This document shows, one piece after another, positions 1 to 9,793 of a stretch of 64,000 nt of DNA. The notes beneath the pieces are model-generated. The model saw nothing but the letters and a program-made list of their open reading frames with translations, was not told the origin of the DNA and did not search any database. The position numbers and the translations under genes are program-made. This DNA comes from Gammaproteobacteria bacterium (lineage in GTDB: Bacteria > Pseudomonadota > Gammaproteobacteria > CBDBNL01 > JAAOII01), in the NCBI GenBank assembly GCA_965207945.1, contig OZ242303.1, forward strand, positions 1,161,048 to 1,225,047, read 5' to 3'. Position 1 is the first letter of the stretch. The number at the start of each line of letters is the position of its first letter.

Positions 1-246
1 AAACTCGGGGCTCATCAAACTTGGAGTTCCTCCGCCAATAAATATTGAACAAATATCCTTATCTTTAATATGCGGATAGCGGACTAAACAATCGCGCAAA
101 TCACGCTGTAAAGCAGCCGCATACATTTTTTCCATTGAAGCGGGGGTTTCTTCTCCAGGTAAAGTGTGAGAATTAAAATCACAATAAGGGCATTTTTTTT
201 CACACCAGGGAATGTGAATATAAATACTTAATGGCACAGAAGACAC
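1..246 (-). CDS. hemW: Radical SAM heme chaperone HemW / coproporphyrinogen III oxidase-like protein, N-terminal part only (3' part lies beyond the window start)
   Basis: Own translation of the minus strand from GTG at 246: VSSVPLSIYIHIPWCEKKCPYCDFNSH...ICSIFIGGGTPSLMSPEF. It has the CxxxCxxC radical-SAM motif and a GGGTPS motif typical of HemN/HemW. Not in the ORF track because it is truncated. Confidence 0.7.
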   Translation of the reverse strand, partial: MSSVPLSIYIHIPWCEKKCPYCDFNSHTLPGEETPASMEKMYAAALQRDLRDCLVRYPHIKDKDICSIFIGGGTPSLMSPEF

Positions 247-279
247 TATAGATAAGTCCCTAACCGACTGAGTATTTTT

Positions 280-642
280 CTAAATTGAAAAAGATGACCC
301 GCAACCGCAGGTTGTCTTAGCATTGGGATTATTGATAATAAATCTTGCCCCTTCAAGTCCTTCTTGATAAATAACTTCAGCTCCCTTAAGATACTGGATA
401 CTCATTGGGTCAACCACCAGGGTTACCCCATCTTTGCGAATAAAAATATCATCATCAGCTGGACTGCTTTCAAAGGCAAAGCCATACTGAAAACCAGAGC
501 AACCGCCACCAGTGATAAAGACCCTTAGCATAAGAGAGTGATTATTCTCCATTTCCATCAATGCTTTGGCTTTTTTTATAGCACTATCATGGATGATTAA
601 TGGCGCGTTTGCAGTGTCTTTTTGCGGATTAAATGTTTCCAT
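280..642 (-). CDS. erpA: Iron-sulfur cluster insertion protein ErpA (A-type carrier)
   Basis: 120 aa with [11 protein letters not shown] and the C-terminal CGCGSSFSI motif characteristic of ErpA/IscA-type carriers. Confidence 0.85.
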   Translation of the reverse strand: METFNPQKDTANAPLIIHDSAIKKAKALMEMENNHSLMLRVFITGGGCSGFQYGFAFESSPADDDIFIRKDGVTLVVDPMSIQYLKGAEVIYQEGLEGARFIINNPNAKTTCGCGSSFSI

Positions 643-656
643 AGAAATATATGAAA

Positions 657-896
657 CTATATTTCTTTAGATACTTCATCCGCTGATATACGAGGTGTAC
701 TTGATAGTTTAGCTGCTAATTTGCGTGACTCTTCATCACATTTAATTTTACTCCCACCGCATATTTCACAACCATCTCCTAGCCCGCCTATTCCACCGCA
801 AGAACCGCTGATTGGTTTTCTACCGCCCAGAACTCCCAGCGACATTAACAAGCATGCCGCCGCAAAAAAAATAAACGTAAAAATAAATACTTCCAT
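657..896 (-). CDS. Small membrane protein, NqrM-like (Na+-NQR maturation, DUF539-like)
   Basis: 79 aa with one N-terminal TM helix followed by MSLG..K.ISGSCGG...C.IC, which resembles NqrM. Assigned from remembered family pattern only. The overlapping + strand ORF 721-903 is Pro/Ser-rich and judged spurious. Confidence 0.5.
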   Translation of the reverse strand: MEVFIFTFIFFAAACLLMSLGVLGGRKPISGSCGGIGGLGDGCEICGGSKIKCDEESRKLAAKLSSTPRISADEVSKEI

Positions 897-943
897 ATCA
901 TAAAAATTTCAATTGAGACCACTCAAATAAAATTATAATCCTC

Positions 944-2125
944 TTATTTAGAAGCAGCTGCAACAGCTGGTGAAATCTTTGCTGCATCTTGCAAGGCGGC
1001 AGCCCTATCGGTTTTTTCCCAAGTGAAATTATCTTCATTTCTACCAAAATGTCCATAAGCCGCAGTGCGTAAATATATAGGTCTTTCCAATTGTAGCATG
1101 GCTATCAGGCCCTTTGGTGTCAGGTCAAAGTGCTCGCGAATGAGATATTCCATTCTTTCTTCACTAATTTTGCCAGTACCGAAGGTATTTACGCTGATGG
1201 AAGTGGGTTCTACCACGCCAATTGCATAAGAAACCTGCAACTCACAACGTTTCGCTAAACCAGCAGCCACCAAATTCTTAGCAACATAGCGCGCCGCATA
1301 AGCAGCTGAGCGGTCTACCTTGCTGGGGTCTTTACCAGAAAATGCTCCACCGCCATGACGCGCCGCACCGCCATAAGTATCAACAATTATTTTGCGTCCC
1401 GTCAATCCGCAATCTCCCTCAGGACCCCCTGTAACAAATCTGCCAGTGGGATTAATAAATATTTTGCGCTGTTCGGGAAGCCATTTGGCTGGAATCGTTG
1501 GTTTAATAATCTCTTCCATAACTGCCTCATTTATTTCTTTGGAAGTTATGTCAGGGTCATGTTGAGTGGAAAGCACAATTGCGGTAACCGCTACCGGATT
1601 GCCATCATCATCAAACTGAAAAGTAACCTGACTCTTGGCATCGGGACGTAGCCACTTTAGCTTATTGCGTCGCATCTCTGCCTGTTTTTGCACCAACTTA
1701 TGGGCATAGGTTATGGCAATTGGCATATAAACATCCGTTTCATCCGAAGCATAGCCAAACATCATCCCCTGATCGCCAGCTCCAATATCTTCATCTTTTC
1801 TATCAACTCCCTGAGATATATCCTGCGACTGTTGCCCCAAAGCATTAATAACTCCGCAAGCAGCATGATGCATGCCATAATCAGCATTATCATAGCCGAT
1901 TCTTTTAATAACGTCACGAGTAATATTCTCCACATCAACATAGCAAGTGGTCTTAACCTCGCCTGCTACCACCACTAATCCTGTTTTTATTAGTACTTCA
2001 CAAGCAACCCGCGCTGTAGGATCTTGTCTGATAATATCATCAAGAATTGCATCTGAAATTTGGTCTGCCATTTTATCTGGATGACCTTCGGATACTGACT
2101 CGGAAGTAAAAAATCTATAGTCCAT
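944..2125 (-). CDS. metK: S-adenosylmethionine synthetase
   Basis: 393 aa with [34 protein letters not shown] and GGGAFSGKD motifs. Confidence 0.97.
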   Translation of the reverse strand: MDYRFFTSESVSEGHPDKMADQISDAILDDIIRQDPTARVACEVLIKTGLVVVAGEVKTTCYVDVENITRDVIKRIGYDNADYGMHHAACGVINALGQQSQDISQGVDRKDEDIGAGDQGMMFGYASDETDVYMPIAITYAHKLVQKQAEMRRNKLKWLRPDAKSQVTFQFDDDGNPVAVTAIVLSTQHDPDITSKEINEAVMEEIIKPTIPAKWLPEQRKIFINPTGRFVTGGPEGDCGLTGRKIIVDTYGGAARHGGGAFSGKDPSKVDRSAAYAARYVAKNLVAAGLAKRCELQVSYAIGVVEPTSISVNTFGTGKISEERMEYLIREHFDLTPKGLIAMLQLERPIYLRTAAYGHFGRNEDNFTWEKTDRAAALQDAAKISPAVAAASK

Positions 2126-2166
2126 TATGATCTATGTGTTTAATGTATTTAATGTGTTTAGTTAAT

Positions 2167-3222
2167 TTATGAGTTTAGTTCACCTGCTTGATACTTCTGC
2201 GCCATTGCTTCTACATCTAATGGCTTTATTTTATCCGCCCAACCAGCAGTACCAAACGCTTCAAGACGCGCTTTAACAATTTCTTTCATTGAAGTAATTG
2301 TCAGTGCTAAGTATTTACGTGGGTCAAATTCACTCTTATTTTCTGTCAGGTATTTTCTCAGAGTTCCTGTTACCGCCAAACGCAAATCAGTGTCTATATT
2401 CACCTTACGTACTCCACTCTTAATGCCTTCTTGTATTTCGCTTACTGGCACACCGTAGGTCTCGCGTATTTCGCCGCCAAACTCATTTATTGTTTTCAGC
2501 CACTCTTGTGGAACACTAGAAGAACCATGCATCACCAAATGAGTATTAGGCAAAAGTTTATGAATTTCTTTAATTCTCTCTATTGACAGCACTTCGCCAG
2601 TGGGAGGACGAGTGAACTTGTATGCTCCATGACTAGTGCCTATGGCTATAGCAAGAGCATCAACACCCGTTTGCTTAACGAAATCCGCCGCTTCTTGTGG
2701 GTCTGTCAGCATCTGCTCACGAGTCAATGCTCCTTCAGCTCCATGCCCATCCTCTTTATCCGCCATCCCTGTTTCCAAAGAGCCCAAGCAGCCAAGTTCC
2801 CCTTCCACAGAAACGCCACAAGCATGCGCCATATCTGTTGTTAGTTTAGTAACCTTAACGTTATACTCAAAATCAGCTGGGGTCTTCATATCTTCTAATA
2901 AAGAACCGTCCATCATTACAGAAGTAAATCCCAATTGGATAGACCTTTGGCAAACCGCTGGAGAAGCACCATGGTCTTGATGCATACATAAAGGTATATG
3001 AGGAAACTCTTCCGCAGCCGCTAAAATCAAGTGGCGTAAAAAAGGCGAGCCCGCATACTTGCGCGCGCCTGCTGATGCCTGCACTATAACAGGGCTGTTA
3101 ACCTCTGAGGCGCCTTCCATTATTGCGCGTATCTGTTCCATGTTGTTAACGTTAAATGCTGGAACGCCATAATCATTCTCTGCGGCGTGATCCAATAGTT
3201 GTCTAAGTGTTATTAAAGCCAT
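2167..3222 (-). CDS. fba: Fructose-bisphosphate aldolase class II, Calvin-cycle (CbbA-like) subtype
   Basis: 351 aa. N-terminus [30 protein letters not shown] and the HQDHG / HGSSS motifs are typical of the CbbA-type class II aldolase. Confidence 0.9.
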   Translation of the reverse strand: MALITLRQLLDHAAENDYGVPAFNVNNMEQIRAIMEGASEVNSPVIVQASAGARKYAGSPFLRHLILAAAEEFPHIPLCMHQDHGASPAVCQRSIQLGFTSVMMDGSLLEDMKTPADFEYNVKVTKLTTDMAHACGVSVEGELGCLGSLETGMADKEDGHGAEGALTREQMLTDPQEAADFVKQTGVDALAIAIGTSHGAYKFTRPPTGEVLSIERIKEIHKLLPNTHLVMHGSSSVPQEWLKTINEFGGEIRETYGVPVSEIQEGIKSGVRKVNIDTDLRLAVTGTLRKYLTENKSEFDPRKYLALTITSMKEIVKARLEAFGTAGWADKIKPLDVEAMAQKYQAGELNS

Positions 3223-3339
3223 AATTTACCTCTATTTGTTTATTAAGTATTCCATTTTATCTATAATTGATGCGCATAGCAATTCCATAAACTGCTGATA
3301 TATACATAGTATATTTTATTATAAATCCTTCGTATTCGT

Positions 3340-4317
3340 TTATATTTGCCATACTTTTTTTCGTTGTTCCTCATTCAAAATTGAGAGAAATATAGCCATA
3401 CGCGCAAAAACTCCATATTCTACCTGTTTTAATATCAAAGACCTGCTGCTATCTGCAACAGCAGAACTTATCTCCATACCGCGATTAAAAGGTCCTGGGT
3501 GCATAACCAATGCATCCTTATTGGCGAGAGCAAGCCGTTCCTGCGATAATCCATATAAAGAAAAATACTCCCCCCCTGTAGGTAAATAAGCATACTCCAT
3601 TCTTTCTTGTTGCAAACGTAACATCATAATGACATCCGCATTCTTGATACCACTTTCTATATCACGCTTAATTTGGATATTATCTGCGGCAAAATTATCT
3701 GCGGCAAAATCATCAGGCAGTAATGTTTTAGGACCTACAAGACAAAGCTCACCAACTCCTAATTTGCGCAGTGCTGCAATGAAAGAACGTGCCACTCTTG
3801 AATGCAAAATATCACCCACTATGGCGATTTTTAAATTCTTAGTGGAACCACGATGCAAACGGATTGTTAGCAAGTCCAATAATGTTTGACTTGGATGTTC
3901 ATTCTTGCCATCTCCAGCATTGACTATTGGAATTGATATTCTTTCAGCTAACTTATGAGTAATACCTGATATACGATGACGCAGCACAAATAAATCTGGA
4001 CGCATTGCCTGCAGAGTTAAGAAGGTATCTATGAGGGTTTCTCCCTTCTCCTCCGATGAATTTCTCGGTGAGAGTTCCATCACATTTGCCCCCAAACGAT
4101 ACGCCGCCATGCTAAAGCTGGCGCGAGTGCGGGTGCTTGGCTCATAGAATAACATAACTATGGTTTTGCCATGTAAGCTTTTGGCATAAATAGTTTGCTC
4201 CTTAGTTTTAACTAAGGACTCCGCCAAATCAAGAAGTTTATTTATTTGTTCGGTGCTTAAGTCAGCTATACCAAGCAGATTAATATTTCCGTTGCTGTTA
4301 TTACTTTTTGAGGTCAT
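3340..4317 (-). CDS. pyrB: Aspartate carbamoyltransferase catalytic subunit
   Basis: STRTR, HPSQTLLD and HPGP motifs. The ORF-track start at 4389 adds a hydrophobic 24-aa extension, so ATG at 4317 (MTSKSNN...) is preferred. Confidence 0.88.
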   Translation of the reverse strand: MTSKSNNSNGNINLLGIADLSTEQINKLLDLAESLVKTKEQTIYAKSLHGKTIVMLFYEPSTRTRASFSMAAYRLGANVMELSPRNSSEEKGETLIDTFLTLQAMRPDLFVLRHRISGITHKLAERISIPIVNAGDGKNEHPSQTLLDLLTIRLHRGSTKNLKIAIVGDILHSRVARSFIAALRKLGVGELCLVGPKTLLPDDFAADNFAADNIQIKRDIESGIKNADVIMMLRLQQERMEYAYLPTGGEYFSLYGLSQERLALANKDALVMHPGPFNRGMEISSAVADSSRSLILKQVEYGVFARMAIFLSILNEEQRKKVWQI

Positions 4318-4750
4318 TGATATTTTGATTATTAGCAGCCAACTCACATAACCACTCACACAATAGTGCCTGAGCCACGCGACTATCAAGTGATACCTTA
4401 TCTTGCTCCTCTTTTTGTTTTGCCTCCATCAAACGTGAAGTTAATCTTTCATCTGCGAAATAACAGGGTTTGGTAAACTTACGATTCAGATAAGCCGCAA
4501 AACTCTGAGCCCGAGCCGCAATATTTATCTCGCCTTTATTCTGCTTATTGGGAACGTCTGGCATGCCTATTAAAAAAGCATCTGGCTGCCAACGGATAAT
4601 CATATCCGCCAGCTGTTCTTCATCAGCCCAACCATGTTTCATCCGCAATGGTTTAAGCGGTTCAGCGCAACAGGTTAAATCTTCTCCCACTGCCATGCCA
4701 GTGCGGACAGTTCCATAATCAAACGCCAAATATGTTTTATGTTGCTTCAA
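4301..4750 (-). CDS. ruvX: Holliday junction resolvase-like / pre-16S rRNA nuclease RuvX (YqgF)
   Basis: 149 aa with N-terminal YLAFDYGTVRTGMAVG (YqgF motif). Apparent TTG start at 4750. Confidence 0.8.
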   Translation of the reverse strand: MKQHKTYLAFDYGTVRTGMAVGEDLTCCAEPLKPLRMKHGWADEEQLADMIIRWQPDAFLIGMPDVPNKQNKGEINIAARAQSFAAYLNRKFTKPCYFADERLTSRLMEAKQKEEQDKVSLDSRVAQALLCEWLCELAANNQNINDLKK

Positions 4751-4766
4751 TTTGCTTCAATTTCTT

Positions 4767-5522
4767 TCAATTCGTAGAGAAATTATCTTCCAGTGTCTGC
4801 ATCGTAAGTCGTGCTTGGGCTTCCAACCCCAGACGTTTATAAGAATCTGCCATTAACCTAAGCGCTGCCGCAACACTCGGGGTATGGGGAAAGTTCTCAA
4901 TTATGCTACGGCAGCGATTAATCGTCGCCACATAAGAGTATCTGCTAAAATAGAATCTAGCACTCTGCAGTTCATCTTCAGCAATAATATTACGGATATG
5001 CCTCATGTGAGCGCGCCCTTCCGCTACATAAGGGCTGTCGGGAAATAAAGAAGTCAATTGTTGGAAAGAAACAAAGGAGTTTTTAGCTCCGTTTAGATCA
5101 CGGCGGTCAAACCTGTCCAATAAAATTGTGCCTGTTGCATATTGAGAGCGTCCCAACATATAATAGGCAAAATCTTTTTGCTGCGCATCAGGATAAAAGC
5201 TGATAAATCTTTGTGCCAATACCTCTGCTTCTTCATACTCACCGAGCCCATAATGGGCACTAATGCTTTCAAGCTCAACTGATTGAATGTAAGGACTTAG
5301 CGGATACAAGGTTTTGATGGAATTAAATGTTTCAAGAGCGCTTTGGTAGTTCTTTTTTGCCATAAATCTTGCGCCATTATCATAATACTTTTCATCGCTC
5401 AAGCGTTTTTCTTTATTTGAAGCGCAGGATGTTACAAATGATAACGTGAATACTGCCAGTAATAACAATGATATTTTAGCAACACTAGTTCCTAATCTAT
5501 ATCTCAGCCCATATATCAGCAT
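4767..5522 (-). CDS. bamD: Outer membrane protein assembly factor BamD (ComL/YfiO), TPR lipoprotein
   Basis: Signal peptide ending in lipobox-like FVTSC, then TPR-like repeats. Sits divergent to rluD as in many Gammaproteobacteria. An alternative upstream start lies at 5567. Confidence 0.7.
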   Translation of the reverse strand: MLIYGLRYRLGTSVAKISLLLLAVFTLSFVTSCASNKEKRLSDEKYYDNGARFMAKKNYQSALETFNSIKTLYPLSPYIQSVELESISAHYGLGEYEEAEVLAQRFISFYPDAQQKDFAYYMLGRSQYATGTILLDRFDRRDLNGAKNSFVSFQQLTSLFPDSPYVAEGRAHMRHIRNIIAEDELQSARFYFSRYSYVATINRCRSIIENFPHTPSVAAALRLMADSYKRLGLEAQARLTMQTLEDNFSTN

Positions 5523-5601
5523 ATTAGCGGCTTTCCCTCTTATGATCGTTAACAATAATTCAAGCATACATTCTACCCTTATTATACAACAACTTACCTT
5601 C

Positions 5602-5622
5602 GTAGGGGCAGCTATGCTCGCC
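5602..5622. repeat. Short GTAG-headed GC-rich element
   Basis: GTAGGGGCAGCTATGCTCGCC. Its first 12 nt are identical to 30087-30098. Intergenic between the EamA stop and the bamD start. Confidence 0.5.
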
Positions 5623-6537
5623 TTATGAAGGAACAGAGTCCTTCTTAGTCCGTCCTCTTATCCTGGTTAACAATATTGCGCTCATTATAAAAACTGCGCC
5701 AATCATCTCCCAAAGTGTCAACCTTTCTCCCAACATCAGCCAACCAAGTAATGCGGCAAATAATGCTGTAGTGCACATTAGAATTCCAAGCTTGCCGGGC
5801 GAAACATATTTTTGGCTGATAATCTGTAAACTAAGCGATAAGCCGGCAGAAATAGCCCCTGAGTAAAGAATACTTACTCTTGCCTCAACAACACCAGCAA
5901 ACCCAAACGTTTCAGTAAACAAAGAAATTATTCCTATTGCAACAGCTGCATAAAAAACATGCACTCCCGCAAGCATCAAAGGCGACACATTTTTAACATA
6001 ATAGTCAATCGCCAATATGTATACGGAAAAGACAAGAGCCATCATAAGAAAAAAAGTATCCCCCAAATCTATGGCAAAACCTTCTTTAATAGTTAGAAAT
6101 AAAACGCCAATAAACGCCACTGCCGCAGCGCCTAATTCTTTTAGTTTAATCTTATAACCAATAAACACCGCAATTATCGGAACTATGCATACATACAAAC
6201 TCAGAATAAAGCCAGCTTTAGATGCCAATCCACTTACCAGCCCTATTTGTTGAACTGCAGTCAATATAGCAAAAAGAATACTCGGTACTATGGCGGCGCG
6301 CATCACCTGCTTCCATTGTCCCTTTAGTGCCGAGCGGTCAAACATAAATGTCATCAATATAATAACTGCTACCGCAAGGAACAGACGAATTGAAGTAAAA
6401 GCCAAAGGCGGCAGCGAATCCATGGCATCCTTTTGAAAAGCGAAACCCGCCCCCCATAGAGCCGCAGATAATAATGCTAACCTGCCATAAAGTGGCTTGG
6501 TATCTTTTTCAGTTACTGAAACGGACGAATTATTCAT
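5623..6537 (-). CDS. EamA/DMT-family transporter
   Basis: 304 aa with about 10 hydrophobic segments and a duplicated EamA-like architecture. Paralogous to 7993-8862. Confidence 0.75.
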   Translation of the reverse strand: MNNSSVSVTEKDTKPLYGRLALLSAALWGAGFAFQKDAMDSLPPLAFTSIRLFLAVAVIILMTFMFDRSALKGQWKQVMRAAIVPSILFAILTAVQQIGLVSGLASKAGFILSLYVCIVPIIAVFIGYKIKLKELGAAAVAFIGVLFLTIKEGFAIDLGDTFFLMMALVFSVYILAIDYYVKNVSPLMLAGVHVFYAAVAIGIISLFTETFGFAGVVEARVSILYSGAISAGLSLSLQIISQKYVSPGKLGILMCTTALFAALLGWLMLGERLTLWEMIGAVFIMSAILLTRIRGRTKKDSVPS

Positions 6538-6622
6538 AATAGTAAAAAATAGTAATGAATTATATCTTATGTTCTAATTAATGTTTTCATTATATTATTT
6601 TCTCTTATATTATATAAGTAAG

Positions 6623-7582
6623 ATGTCAGTTAATTTCAATACAAGCTTCTGCGCTATTAGTCCAACCATCCGTTTGGATGCTTTATTATCCTTGTGCTTT
6701 CCACAATTTTCTCGCTCTCTTTTACAAGGATGGATCAAATCCTCGCAAATACTAGTAAACGGGCAAGAAGTTAAACCATCCTATAGTATCCAAGGAAAAG
6801 AAGAAATAAGCATAAACGGCTCTTTCGCCACTCACTCTGCCGATACGCCTCAGCAGATGCCCTTGAATATAGTTTATGAAGATGAATCGTTAATTATTAT
6901 CAATAAACCTCCACAACTTGTAGTTCACCCTGGCGCCGGTAATCCAACGGGCACTTTAGTCAATGGCCTACTTGCTTACCGTATTGAACAAGAAAAATTA
7001 CCCCGCGCTGGACTGGTGCATCGGCTTGATAAAGGAACCTCAGGGCTTATAGTTGCCGCTAAAAACCATCACAGTTATAAATTAATGCAAGAACTTATAA
7101 AAGAACGGCTCATGAAGCGTGAATATATAGCTTTGGTTGAAGGAGTCCCGATAAGTGGTGACACAATTGAGCGTCCCATAAGCAGGGATCCACGTAATCG
7201 GCTTAAGATGATGAGCTATCCATTAGAAAAGCATCCGCCTAACGTCAAAGCAGCAATTACCCATTATAGAATTAAGCAAAAATATACTGCTCATTGCTTA
7301 TTAAAAGTTATGTTAGAAACAGGAAGAACCCATCAGATTCGCGTTCACTTAAGCGCTATAGGTTATCCCATAGTAGGGGATAATATTTATGGAGCCAAAC
7401 GATTACTCCCGCGCGGCTGCTCAGAAGAGTTGCGCGTGCAATTACGCACATTTTCTCGGCAGTTTCTGCATGCGGCGAAACTACAGTTTAATATCGCCGG
7501 TAAAGAAATAATTGCCGAAGCGCCATTGGATGAATCTATGCAGAGTTTACTACAGCAACTCAACAGCTTATACAACTCTTAG
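6623..7582 (+). CDS. rluD: 23S rRNA pseudouridine synthase, RluD family
   Basis: S4-like N-terminal domain plus the HRLDKGTSGL catalytic motif and THQIRVH. ATG at 6623 is preferred over the ORF-track start at 6581. Confidence 0.85.
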   Translation: MSVNFNTSFCAISPTIRLDALLSLCFPQFSRSLLQGWIKSSQILVNGQEVKPSYSIQGKEEISINGSFATHSADTPQQMPLNIVYEDESLIIINKPPQLVVHPGAGNPTGTLVNGLLAYRIEQEKLPRAGLVHRLDKGTSGLIVAAKNHHSYKLMQELIKERLMKREYIALVEGVPISGDTIERPISRDPRNRLKMMSYPLEKHPPNVKAAITHYRIKQKYTAHCLLKVMLETGRTHQIRVHLSAIGYPIVGDNIYGAKRLLPRGCSEELRVQLRTFSRQFLHAAKLQFNIAGKEIIAEAPLDESMQSLLQQLNSLYNS

Positions 7583-7718
7583 CGGTCTGTTAGCCGTCTG
7601 TTAACTGCATTGGATTAGGCACACACATCGTTCTATGAAAATATTATGCGGTTGAATGTAATTTAATTAATTATAATTATTATTTTTCTGTATAATCCAA
7701 TTATCCAGTAATAATTTC

Positions 7719-7791
7719 GGGTCGTTAGCTCAGCTGGTAGAGCAGCTGGCTTTTAACCAGTTGGTCGCAGGTTCGAATCCTGCACGGCCTA
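7719..7791 (+). tRNA. tRNA-Lys (anticodon UUU)
   Basis: Hand-folded cloverleaf: acceptor GGGTCGT/ACGGCCT, D arm GCTC-AGCTGGTA-GAGC, anticodon stem GCTGG/CCAGT with loop CTTTTAA, T arm GCAGG-TTCGAAT-CCTGC. No encoded CCA. Confidence 0.9.
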
Positions 7792-7867
7792 TTTTTACGA
7801 TGCTTATAGTTATCGCTATTAATAATATTATTACCAATATTATTAATGGCTAATTTGAATATACTTT

Positions 7868-7940
7868 GGGCCGTTAGCTCAGCTGGTAGAGCAGCTGGCT
7901 CTTAACCAGTTGGTCGCAGGTTCGATCCCTGCACGGCCTA
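7868..7940 (+). tRNA. tRNA-Lys (anticodon CUU)
   Basis: Near-identical body to 7719-7791. It differs at position 4 (T>C), the anticodon loop (CTCTTAA, anticodon CTT) and the T loop (TTCGATC). Confidence 0.9.
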
Positions 7941-7992
7941 TTTTTATCAAAGTATATTCCTTCACCGCTAACAAAAAATACGCTAACAATAA

Positions 7993-8862
7993 ATGAAAGA
8001 CACTAAAATTAGCTATGAAGCCCTCGCATTAACAGTTGCGCTTATATGGGGCTCAACTTTTATAGCGCAGAAGACCGCTATGGAATCCATGGGACCTTGG
8101 ACATTTACTGCAGTGCGTTTTTCTTTGGCAATTCCCCTATTATTGCTTCTGGCGCTACTCTTTGAAAGAAAGCACATTCAATCCAATTGGCGATTATGCT
8201 TAATCTATGGCGCTCCTCCCGGCATAATACTGGCGATCTCCTCTATTTTGCAACAAACCGCCCTGCTATCATCTTATGCATCCAAAGCTGGGCTGATAAC
8301 TGGCTTATATGTATGCCTTCTTCCGTTTTGCGCAGTATTAGTTGGTTACCGCATTAAAGCCCGCGAATTGGTAGCCGCGTTTACTGCAATTAGCGGACTA
8401 TATTTCCTTTCTGTCAGCACATCTTTCACTATAGAAGAAGGAGATTTCTTGCTAATCCTCAGCGCTTTTGGTTGGACAGCGCATATTTTAACTTTGGAAG
8501 TTTGCCTCAGGAAGATCAAACCCATAACCTTGGCATTGTTTCAGACATCCTATTGCGCCTTAATTGTTTCATTATTTACTCCTTTGGTAGAAGATATTTC
8601 CACAGCAAATTTCAGCGACGCCTTGCCAGAGTTATTTTATTCAGGAATTATTTCCGCAGGTTTGGCTTTTGGCTTGCAGCTACTTTGTCAGCAGCATCTA
8701 TCGCCTAATCGCGTTGGCTTGCTGTTTAGCATGGAAAGTTTGTTTGCTCTGTTTTTTGGTTGGTTGCTTCTTGGCGAAACACTCAATCAACGGGAAATGT
8801 TTGGAGGGGCGCTTATGTTAGCATCCCTAATAATAGTTAGATTAAAGCTGCGAGAAAGGTAG
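7993..8862 (+). CDS. EamA/DMT-family transporter
   Basis: 289 aa polytopic membrane protein. Its N-terminus (WGSTFIAQKTAMESMGPWTFTAVRF) parallels that of 5623-6537. Confidence 0.75.
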   Translation: MKDTKISYEALALTVALIWGSTFIAQKTAMESMGPWTFTAVRFSLAIPLLLLLALLFERKHIQSNWRLCLIYGAPPGIILAISSILQQTALLSSYASKAGLITGLYVCLLPFCAVLVGYRIKARELVAAFTAISGLYFLSVSTSFTIEEGDFLLILSAFGWTAHILTLEVCLRKIKPITLALFQTSYCALIVSLFTPLVEDISTANFSDALPELFYSGIISAGLAFGLQLLCQQHLSPNRVGLLFSMESLFALFFGWLLLGETLNQREMFGGALMLASLIIVRLKLRER

Positions 8863-8864
8863 AA

Positions 8865-9710
8865 TTAGCTCATTGCAAGCTCATCAAATGTCTTGTGTAA
8901 TCGCTGAAGCAAAGCCGCATCCTTATTACCAACCTCTTCCCCATCCACAAGCACCGCATGGTTAATATCTCTCACGGTGCTAAGCACTAATATCTCATCC
9001 GCATCTTTCATTTCTTGAACATCAAATTTTTTGTCTATAAAAGAAATACCTTCTTTGTCGCATACTCGCTGCAATGCTGACATTGTAATGCTGGGAAGAA
9101 TATACTCTTCCGCAGGATGCGCATAAACCTTGCCATCCTTAACTATAGCTATGCTTGATGCCGAGCATTCCAAAACTATTCCATCCTTTACTAACACAAC
9201 TTCCTGCGCCTGTTGCTCCGCTGCGTTCTGTTTAGCAAGAACATTGCCAAGCAAGTTTACCGTCTTCAAGCTGCACCAATGCCAACGAGTGTCGTTGTGG
9301 GTGGTAAGTCGTATTCCTTGCTTATTGGCAGAAAGATCAGGGCAACGAGTTGCCATTATAAAAATTGTGGGAGAAATATCTCCTGATGGAAATTCATGAG
9401 AACGGGTTTGATAGGCGCCCCGGGTAATTTGCAGATAAATCAGCGCATCGCCTTGTGTCAAATCATTCTTTTCTAATAACTGCGCAATAGTAGTTGTTAG
9501 AATAGCAAAATCATTAAAAGGTAATGCCAATCCTTTTAAGCTATTCTTAAGACGCTCAATATGTTCTTGATAAAAAATTATCTTGCCATCCGTACACTTG
9601 ATAACTTCATAGACCCCGTCTCCAAACAAAAAACCTCTGTCAAGCGGGCTTATATGCGCCTCGCTAAGCGGGACAATTTTGCCATTGAGGAATACGATAC
9701 TATCGCTCAT
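8865..9710 (-). CDS. Class IV (fold type IV) aminotransferase: D-amino-acid / branched-chain aminotransferase or aminodeoxychorismate lyase family
   Basis: MSDSIVFLNGKIVPLSEAHISPLDRGFLFGDGVYE is typical of the class IV aminotransferase N-terminus. ATG at 9710 is preferred over 9797. Confidence 0.75.
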   Translation of the reverse strand: MSDSIVFLNGKIVPLSEAHISPLDRGFLFGDGVYEVIKCTDGKIIFYQEHIERLKNSLKGLALPFNDFAILTTTIAQLLEKNDLTQGDALIYLQITRGAYQTRSHEFPSGDISPTIFIMATRCPDLSANKQGIRLTTHNDTRWHWCSLKTVNLLGNVLAKQNAAEQQAQEVVLVKDGIVLECSASSIAIVKDGKVYAHPAEEYILPSITMSALQRVCDKEGISFIDKKFDVQEMKDADEILVLSTVRDINHAVLVDGEEVGNKDAALLQRLHKTFDELAMS

Positions 9711-9793
9711 TGTAAATACCTTTAAATTCCATAATAATACATTATATAGTAAATTTTGCAATAATGTATCTGAGGCTATGCAATAAGTGCGTT

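Noticed and set aside
2126-2166. Possible SAM riboswitch upstream of metK
   Set aside because: The spacer is only 41 nt and consists mostly of a 9-nt tandem triplication. That is too short for any known SAM riboswitch class.
4318-4389. Longer N-terminal extensions suggested by the ORF track for pyrB (4389), rluD (6581), the aminotransferase (9797), the GLUG lipoprotein (24161), ahcY (30106) and acnA (33979)
   Set aside because: Each extension is hydrophobic or low-complexity and is unsupported by the conserved N-termini of the families. They overlap the neighbouring gene or run through an intergenic repeat. Internal ATG codons giving canonical N-termini were preferred.
7583-7992. tRNA-Lys genes as an integration site for a genomic island or prophage
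   Set aside because: No integrase, direct repeat of the tRNA 3' end or foreign-looking genes flank the tRNAs. The neighbours are rluD and an EamA transporter.
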